A stretch of DNA of 64,000 nucleotides from a virus. Below are positions 58,129-64,000 of the stretch, one piece after another; position 1 is the first letter of the stretch, and each line of letters begins with the position of its first letter. A program made the translations under genes and the position numbers. Location: the IMG/VR virus record IMGVR_UViG_3300009703_000016, positions 1,001 through 65,000 of that record. One strand, written 5' to 3'. The notes below the pieces were generated by a model that saw nothing but the letters and a program-made list of their open reading frames with translations, ran no database searches and was not told where the DNA came from.

Positions 58129-60600
58129 CTATCCTGATCTTGATCTTTTACCACCAGAAGAACCAGATCTTGATAACTCTTCAGATGCAGCTGCTTGTGC
58201 TTTTGCCCTACGAAGCTTACGTGCTGCAATTCTCGCTTGACGTGCAGGGTTTACTTTACCAGAAATAACACTTTTCTCAGCCAGTGCTCCTCGGTTAAGA
58301 TCTAGCGGCATATCTAGCTTGGCTGCGTGTCTTTGAAGCTCAGAGATGTCCATAGCTGTTTCTCTTACGTTGTATCCATGGGCGGCTACGGTCGACATAA
58401 CCTCTTCTTTAACAGAACTGCCTGGTACATGCTCAAAGCTTTTTATATTAAATTCAGTATTTACTTTACCAGCAAAGCCAAAGTCGATAACACCAACCTG
58501 GCCTTGTTTTGTTAACATGACGTTTTTAAAGTGGAGATCACCATGGACGTACCCTTTCTTGTGCATGTGTTCAACGTTCTGTTGTAATTTACTCATATGG
58601 GATGCCTTAAATAGACCCTGATCAAGAGCATCAGCAGCTGAATGCCCTTCAAAAAGCTCCATGTCTATAAAATGCTGCTTATCCTTACTGCCTGATGCAT
58701 AAACAGTGGGACCGAAGCTGTCTTCAAACTTTTGCATAGTTGAAACTTCTTCTGTTCCCATCTCTCCTCTTTTTCTAACGAAGGAAAATTCTTTACCTCT
58801 AAATTGACCTTTCATTAAATAGGCTTCACCAAAAGCACTTTCGTCACCAAGACGGGCTCCCTGCTTAGCTGTACTTAGTGCCTCCTGGAATCCCTTACTC
58901 TGTGTCATCTGTTTAAAGGTTTCCTTACCTTTAGTTAGAGCACGTAGAGCATCCCAACCAGAACCAAACCCTGTCATCTTCTTGCGAATATTTTGGGCTA
59001 TCCCCTTGTGGCCCATACCTTCAATAACATTAAAAGCATCATCAAATCCTTGTCGAGATTCAGCAACTCCAATAGCTGCTTGTCTTCCAAGCTTTCCGCC
59101 ACCTAGGCTAATAAAGGCACCTAGCTCATTTTGTTCTCCTGTTTTAATAAAATCGACAAGCTGTTTACGAAAATTAGATGATCCCGTTTTGACAAGCTTT
59201 TTTGTTAACTGTGGCTGCTGCGCAGCTGCTACAGCTACTTCTTTAATAGCACGTCTATTTTTTAGTCCTGCATAGATATACTTAGTGGCCGCAAAAGTAC
59301 CTGCAGCACCAGCTATAGCACCACCTGTCAAACCTCCGCTTGCTGCAGTCATTCCCAAGTGAATCATTTCTGCACTTGCTGCTGTTGTGGCACCTATAGC
59401 CAGTGGGGCACCTTTCATTGTATCTGCAGCAACTTGAGCTGTTAGATTATAAGTTTCATGAACACCACCCTTGATAGCAACTTTACCAGCTTGTAACATA
59501 CGGGCTGCAATTCTTATATAGCCACTACCAAACTCTGTCATCTGTTTACGAAGAACTTCAGCAAAACCACCATGTCTTAAACCTTCTACTGTATTGTATT
59601 CATCATCACTAGCAGAGAAGGCACTGGATAGACCATTTGCTGTAATTAAACCAGCTGCAAGGATGCCAGCACCAGCACCAAACCTTCTTAGAAGTTTAGG
59701 TATGTTCTGCCAGGCAACCCTAGCTCTTTCAGACTTACTGGGATAAAAGAACTCTCCTGCAGCTTTTTCTGCTTTAGAAGGTGCACTTTTATATCCTGCT
59801 ACTGTAGAGGCTAACCAGCCACGAGCAAACTCGGGAGTTTCAGCTACCCTCCTCATCTCTCCTGTACCAATGGCATCGTAGAGGCGTCGAGTCATTTTGA
59901 CATCAGCACTACTTTGGTGGGCTTGTGAGGTTAGCTTCGAGTCGGGCTCAAGTAGGGGAAATATCTGCTCCAGTCTCCAACCACGAGCTAGGTAGTCCTT
60001 CACAGCAGATGGACCTCTTCGCTCTACTTGATTACCGAAGGCCTCCATCTGACGAAGCATGTTGTATTCAACTGGTCTACTGGAGTGGGGCAGCTTCTCC
60101 CAGGCCGTCTGGGCCTGGCTCCAAGTTTTGCCACCCAGCTGCTCCCTGAACGTCCCCTGTTGAAGGTGAGCACCTATGGTCTCTCCCAGTATCTTCTTTG
60201 TTCTAAGACCAACGTCTATTTGTCTGTGACCCCTCAGGGCTGATGATAGTTCACCCTCAAGTCCATGCATTCTAGCTCTTTGTTGCATGAAGGGTATATC
60301 GAAGTTGGAACTATTAAATCCAACGACAGGGCTACCTGCTGGTGCTCCCTGTAGTCCTGTTATGAACTGTTTGATTACATCTCTTTCTGGAAAGGTTCTA
60401 GATGCTTGTGATACCTGAGGTATAATATTTTCTTGAGAAAACTTGCTTAACCAGCTTCCTGACTGGGGATGGGCAAATGCTTCCTGGACCAGGCTCCTGT
60501 TGGACGAATAGGACGCAGAGAGGATGGAAGAACCCCTCTTTCCAGAAGAATCTAGTCCACCAGTCTCTATGTCGAATATGAAGGGCTCAGGGAGCTTCAA
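58129..60600 (-). CDS. DEDDh 3'-5' exonuclease / protein kinase-like fusion protein
   Basis: Exonuclease motifs IFDIETGG, VGFNSSNFDIPF, AHQSSAD. Kinase motifs LGDESAFGEAY, FVRK, HGDLHFKN (58531-58545), IDFG (58477-58485). Confidence 0.85.
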   Translation of the reverse strand: MKLPEPFIFDIETGGLDSSGKRGSSILSASYSSNRSLVQEAFAHPQSGSWLSKFSQENIIPQVSQASRTFPERDVIKQFITGLQGAPAGSPVVGFNSSNFDIPFMQQRARMHGLEGELSSALRGHRQIDVGLRTKKILGETIGAHLQQGTFREQLGGKTWSQAQTAWEKLPHSSRPVEYNMLRQMEAFGNQVERRGPSAVKDYLARGWRLEQIFPLLEPDSKLTSQAHQSSADVKMTRRLYDAIGTGEMRRVAETPEFARGWLASTVAGYKSAPSKAEKAAGEFFYPSKSERARVAWQNIPKLLRRFGAGAGILAAGLITANGLSSAFSASDDEYNTVEGLRHGGFAEVLRKQMTEFGSGYIRIAARMLQAGKVAIKGGVHETYNLTAQVAADTMKGAPLAIGATTAASAEMIHLGMTAASGGLTGGAIAGAAGTFAATKYIYAGLKNRRAIKEVAVAAAQQPQLTKKLVKTGSSNFRKQLVDFIKTGEQNELGAFISLGGGKLGRQAAIGVAESRQGFDDAFNVIEGMGHKGIAQNIRKKMTGFGSGWDALRALTKGKETFKQMTQSKGFQEALSTAKQGARLGDESAFGEAYLMKGQFRGKEFSFVRKRGEMGTEEVSTMQKFEDSFGPTVYASGSKDKQHFIDMELFEGHSAADALDQGLFKASHMSKLQQNVEHMHKKGYVHGDLHFKNVMLTKQGQVGVIDFGFAGKVNTEFNIKSFEHVPGSSVKEEVMSTVAAHGYNVRETAMDISELQRHAAKLDMPLDLNRGALAEKSVISGKVNPARQARIAARKLRRAKAQAAASEELSRSGSSGGKRSRSG
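58954..59607 (-). repeat. Two copies of a ~30-aa linker motif within the exonuclease-kinase protein
   Basis: DDEYNTVEGLRHGGFAEVLRKQMTEFGSGY (about 59518-59607) and DDAFNVIEGMGHKGIAQNIRKKMTGFGSGW (about 58954-59046). Confidence 0.85.
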
Positions 60601-60602
60601 GT

Positions 60603-61436
60603 CTAATCACCAGACTTATTGTTACCTTCATCTATCGTCTGGTCAATAAGAGATTCTGGAGTTACGATCTCTGCATCTATTATTTGGGAATCTGCCTTTT
60701 TAACTTGAGATTGTAGATCTTTAAGTTGTTGTTTTACATTGGCCATGCTGGAACTGGCATCTTCATCTGTTTTCTGTTTTAGAGCGGCTTCTCTTCTGTA
60801 TTTCTCCTGTCTGTCTCCAACCATCAATTTAACTAGTTTACTTTTTCTGTTGGCTAGTTTTTGTTTTTGTTCAAAGATTGGTGAGACTTGGAGGTTTGTT
60901 ATTACATTGCCGTCTCTGTCTATGCCTACGGATTGATCTGTTACTAGAGTTGCATTCTCTGGTCTACGTAGGGTCATTGTTAGTCTCCACTGTAGAACTT
61001 CTATTTCTGCTAGTTCAGTACATATTCCTATTTCTGTGAAGGAGTTGGGATCTACGTCATACTCTACTACGTAGTTCATTACTGACTCTTTTAGCATAGT
61101 TGTTTCTAGGAGGCAGTCTTTGTCTAGAGGTGCTTTGTTCATTTGTTGTAGGGCACACTCTCTAGCAAAGGGGCATTGGCTGGCTGCACATCTCATGGGG
61201 GCAAAGGTTGCTGCTCCTGTTGCCATCTTCTTTAGGGTTTTTAGTAGGACCTTTTCTTGTTCTTTGTTTAGTTCTATGTCTGAATAGTCTTCTGCTCCAG
61301 CTTCTAGTGTTTGTTGGAGTGTTTTATGTGTTTTGTTTTCTATGTCTGTCCAAGCTGATTGGGTAACTATAGATAGACTTCTAGGTGGGGGTAGAAGTTC
61401 TTCTAGTCTTAAGCTGTCATCTTTTTCGTCTGTCAT
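60603..61436 (-). CDS. Putative terminase small subunit
   Basis: 277 aa with a Cys cluster (CAASQCPFAREC...KDC), helical core and charged tail, near the head of the packaging operon. Inferred from position. Confidence 0.4.
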   Translation of the reverse strand: MTDEKDDSLRLEELLPPPRSLSIVTQSAWTDIENKTHKTLQQTLEAGAEDYSDIELNKEQEKVLLKTLKKMATGAATFAPMRCAASQCPFARECALQQMNKAPLDKDCLLETTMLKESVMNYVVEYDVDPNSFTEIGICTELAEIEVLQWRLTMTLRRPENATLVTDQSVGIDRDGNVITNLQVSPIFEQKQKLANRKSKLVKLMVGDRQEKYRREAALKQKTDEDASSSMANVKQQLKDLQSQVKKADSQIIDAEIVTPESLIDQTIDEGNNKSGD

Positions 61437-61765
61437 TTGTTTTGATCCAGAAGAGGTGAGTTTGTGGGCCTTGTTGTGGTATTAAGCTCTTCTTTTTCCC
61501 TGTTGAATTTCTCTAGGAGAGATAGTATTTCTGCTGCTGAGTCTCTGTAGAATATTTTTTTAGATTTTATATAATACGGGCATTTGCTGCCAAATCTAGA
61601 GGACTTCTTGATCATGCTCATTGCTTCTAGTTGAGAGTTGTTTAATAGTTTTCTAATTTGTTCTAGTGTATCCCAACTGTCTGTTTTGTGCTTTTCTGCA
61701 TGGTCTTCTAGGATCTCTTCCCAGTCTTCATCAGAGAGATCATCTGGTTTTTGTAGGATGGTCAT
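61433..61765 (-). CDS. Hypothetical protein
   Basis: 110-aa ORF with overlaps at both ends. Confidence 0.6.
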   Translation of the reverse strand: MTILQKPDDLSDEDWEEILEDHAEKHKTDSWDTLEQIRKLLNNSQLEAMSMIKKSSRFGSKCPYYIKSKKIFYRDSAAEILSLLEKFNREKEELNTTTRPTNSPLLDQNK

Positions 61766-61935
61766 TTAGATCTTCTCCAGTCTTTGTCTCCTGCATCTTT
61801 GAAGACAGAGAAGGTTTCATATGTTCCATCAGAGTAGAAAATATGTTGTATGCCTTGGTAGGCTACTGGTTCAGACTGTCCCATCATGAGTAGGGGGTCG
61901 TAGTCTATATATTGGTGAGATATTGTTTTAGACAT
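61762..61935 (-). CDS. Small hypothetical protein (57 aa, below the track cutoff)
   Basis: MSKTISHQYIDYDPLLMMGQSEPVAYQGIQHIFYSDGTYETFSVFKDAGDKDWRRSK. Fills the gap exactly; its TGA overlaps the next ATG. Confidence 0.6.
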   Translation of the reverse strand: MSKTISHQYIDYDPLLMMGQSEPVAYQGIQHIFYSDGTYETFSVFKDAGDKDWRRSK

Positions 61936-61936
61936 G

Positions 61937-62434
61937 TTAGTAGTCTTCCTCGTTTAGGTCTTCTATTAGGTCTAAATAGCCTACACCTGAGAATAAGGTT
62001 CTTGTGGCCTTTTTAGTTTCTAAGTCTACATAGCGTGGGTCATTAGGTGAAAGAAAGTTCCCTGGCGTTGGTTCGTTGATGCCATGCCAAATCTCTCTGT
62101 CGTATTTTAGATCAGGGCCTGAGATGTGGATAAAGCCTGAAGGGTCTGGGTCTTCTAAGTGTATAGAAGGTGGACAAAGTCCAGAAGGAGTAGAGATAGG
62201 GTCGCTCATGTGGGTCTCCTTGGGTTTCAGTAGGAAACCTACGCCTCTCTTGCGACAGCCTCCCATGGTCTCAATACCTCTGCAGATATAGAGCTTGTCT
62301 TCAATTAGAACAGTGTCACCGGGTTTGATGTGTTGAGTCTGAGGTTGCTCACGGCCAACTGCTGTGTAGACATTTCCCCTGCCTGCTATGTTGTAGACGT
62401 TATCAGGGATAAAAGAAATAGGGTTCATTACCAA
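61937..62434 (-). CDS. Protein with an N-terminal EF-Tu domain II-like beta-barrel
   Basis: FIPDNVYNIAGRGNVYT...IKPGDTVLI...CRGIE...VGFLL vs EF-Tu FLLPIEDVFSISGRGTVVT...IKVGEEVEI...CTGVE...VGVLL. Confidence 0.6.
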   Translation of the reverse strand: MVMNPISFIPDNVYNIAGRGNVYTAVGREQPQTQHIKPGDTVLIEDKLYICRGIETMGGCRKRGVGFLLKPKETHMSDPISTPSGLCPPSIHLEDPDPSGFIHISGPDLKYDREIWHGINEPTPGNFLSPNDPRYVDLETKKATRTLFSGVGYLDLIEDLNEEDY

Positions 62435-62461
62435 GTCCTTGCTACATATAGGTAGGAGAAC

Positions 62462-62490
62462 AGTATAACTCCTAGGGAGTATAAAACCAA
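62462..62490 (-). promoter_or_regulatory. Sigma70-like promoter for the leftward operon, with a near-palindrome in the spacer
   Basis: TTGGTT-N17-TATACT on the minus strand. It overlaps the imperfect inverted repeat TATAACTCCTAGGGAGTATA. Confidence 0.4.
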
Positions 62491-62760
62491 CAATAGAATC
62501 ACCTTGATAAAAACCCTTAGGAGGACGTTTTCCGAATATTATATTATTTCAGATTTAGGCAAACCTCAAGTTGGGAAAATTTTTCCTTAGGTAGGTGTTT
62601 TCCTAATTATTTCAGTAAGGTACCTAGTGGTGTTTTAGGTAGTAAGAGACTCCTTACTCCTGATCGACCCCCAGGGTAACCCTTAAACACTTCATTCTGA
62701 ATGTGTTGTCTTGGGTACCTCTTCACACAATTTCGTGTGTACAACCAAAGGATAAGTAAG

Positions 62761-63021
62761 ATGTTTGATTCCATCAAAAATAAGATGAATGCTCTTCGTG
62801 TTGAGATGATTGCTGGTTATGAGAGTGGATACCAGAAGGGAAAAGAGAAAGAGGCCGCGATGTGGACAGCTACTGCTAAGAACTTGCGTTCTGCTGCTGA
62901 TAGGTGTGATGAGCGTGCTGTTGTGTGTCAAGCACAAGCATCTGTTACTGTGTGTGTGCCTAAGCCTGTTGCATTAGTGCCAGCTAAGATGTGTGTGCCT
63001 GTTGCTGTTGATATTGGCTGA
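62761..63021 (+). CDS. Hypothetical protein (86 aa), first rightward gene
   Basis: ATG at 62761 after AAGGATAAGTAAG. MFDSIKNKMNALRVEMIAGYESGYQKG... Confidence 0.55.
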   Translation: MFDSIKNKMNALRVEMIAGYESGYQKGKEKEAAMWTATAKNLRSAADRCDERAVVCQAQASVTVCVPKPVALVPAKMCVPVAVDIG

Positions 63022-63390
63022 TGTGTATGTGTGTATATGTACATGGTGTATGTATGCATGAGTTAGTGTGTATCCAGTAGGAGATAAGTATGAGTAGTAA
63101 GTATAGTGTTATCAGTGTTTTAGCACGCCTTGTGTCATGTACTGATGTACGTTGGCATGTGTATACTTCATGGTATGGGGTGATGCGTGTGTCTTTCACT
63201 GCAGGTGGCTTACCTGTCTGTGATGTCAGGTGCACCCGTCGTGGTATGGACAAGGCACTGGTGGCTATGTCCTGCTATAGGGATGCACTACCTGCCCCTA
63301 CTACCCAGGCCAATAATGATAATGAGTGTACTCCCCCTATGGGTATCATGCCTGTGGTGGTGGGTGAGCTGTTGATTGACTAGTGTACAT

Positions 63391-63411
63391 ACCCCTCCTA
63401 CGGGAGGGGGT
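63391..63411 (+). other. GC-rich hairpin with a C(UACG)G tetraloop
   Basis: ACCCCTCC-TACG-GGAGGGGGT. The loop is of the extra-stable cUNCGg class. Confidence 0.6.
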
Positions 63412-63467
63412 GTCTATATGGGGTGGTGCCCATATACTGATGATGCCAGCCTTGGCGAAACACAAAC

Positions 63468-63810
63468 AAAAGGAAAACAAGATGAACGACATTAAACGAA
63501 AAGAACTGTCTGCTGAGCTTCAGGACTGGTGTGAGGAAAGGGATCAGCTTGAGTACGACATCTCTGAGGATGAGAAAGTAAAGGTCGGGCTTGTCGATGC
63601 CCCTTTTGCTTTTAAACACCAACATGAGAGTTTTCTCAGTGATGCAGCTTGGAACAAGCGGCGTCTTGTTCTTGTTCAGAAAGAGATTTCTGCTATCACC
63701 TATGTTCTCAATCGAGGCTAGGTTGTCACCTACTATGCTTGAGCATTACGAGTGTTCAAGTATAGGATGGTGGCAATTAAGCCGCTGATACCGAAAAGGA
63801 AAACAAGATG
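63468..63810 (+). repeat. Identical 17-nt translation-initiation leader upstream of two consecutive genes
   Basis: AAAAGGAAAACAAGATG at 63468-63484 and 63794-63810. Confidence 0.85.
63482..63721 (+). CDS. Hypothetical protein (79 aa)
   Basis: Start at the ATG after the AAAAGGAAAACAAG leader. MNDIKRKELSAELQDW... Confidence 0.65.
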   Translation: MNDIKRKELSAELQDWCEERDQLEYDISEDEKVKVGLVDAPFAFKHQHESFLSDAAWNKRRLVLVQKEISAITYVLNRG

Positions 63811-64000
63811 TCTAAGATTAAACGAAATGCCCGCCGCTTGGTTGCTACCCTAATGATCAAGCGTAACAAGACCTCTGAAGCAGTTTATAGGAAAGTGGCG
63901 ATTAAGACAGGTTCGCGTACGTTGAATAAAATGGCCGATACAAAGGAATGGGCTAATGACAATTTGAGGCGATATGCTTCAGGTGGGCCTCTCGTGAGTG
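63808..64000 (+). CDS. Hypothetical basic protein, 3'-truncated by the window edge
   Basis: Same AAAAGGAAAACAAGATG leader. MSKIKRNARRLVATLMIKRNKTSEAVYRKVAIK... is open to the end of the window. Confidence 0.65.
   Translation, partial: MSKIKRNARRLVATLMIKRNKTSEAVYRKVAIKTGSRTLNKMADTKEWANDNLRRYASGGPLVS

Noticed and set aside
2262-60243. The many short + strand ORFs (and nested minus-strand ORFs such as 53418-53693) in the track
   Set aside because: They lie antisense or out of frame within long, motif-bearing genes, lack SDs, and have Ser/Leu-rich shadow composition.
1-62434. Contractile injection system (eCIS, T6SS or tailocin) rather than a phage
   Set aside because: Terminase, portal, protease and major capsid genes are all present in the same operon.
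63090-63383. 97-aa + strand ORF and the overlapping 62-aa and 89-aa ORFs as real genes
   Set aside because: Their composition is explained by TG-rich low-complexity DNA and they have weak initiation signals. Left uncalled.
1-64000. CRISPR array, tRNA or rRNA genes
   Set aside because: I saw no regularly spaced repeats or cloverleaf-like sequences, and nearly all of the window is tiled by ORFs. A tRNAscan or CRISPR-finder run would be needed to exclude them formally.
1-64000. Alternative genetic code (stop-codon reassignment)
   Set aside because: Genes tile tightly in code 11, and TAA, TAG and TGA all end genes directly before the next SD or start.

Overview
This window is the virion morphogenesis region of a large, contractile-tailed dsDNA bacteriophage. 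About 62.4 kb is one densely packed minus-strand gene run in standard code 11. In transcription order (right to left) it holds: small orphans, a putative small terminase, an exonuclease-kinase fusion plus small Gly-rich proteins, TerL (with intein), portal (with intein), prohead protease/scaffold, capsid decoration protein, major capsid protein, head/neck fibre proteins, neck, sheath, three tube paralogs, an HNH endonuclease, tail chaperones, tape measure, hub with an M23 peptidase, spike and baseplate. Coding switches to the + strand after an intergenic gap at about 62.4-62.7 kb. The main finding is the 1416-aa ORF between tape measure and hub (13239-17489). By manual alignment it carries collinear beta then beta-prime motifs of two-barrel RNA polymerases, including a variant catalytic loop GADKDAD, so it is a candidate single-chain virion RNA polymerase. 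Other notable items: a DEDDh exonuclease plus protein kinase polyprotein joined by a repeated linker, a stand-alone EF-Tu domain II-like protein, a portal intein, a probable ATC start codon, and a collapsed gene duplicate bordering an apparently swapped fibre cassette. All assignments come from reading motifs by eye; no searches were run.
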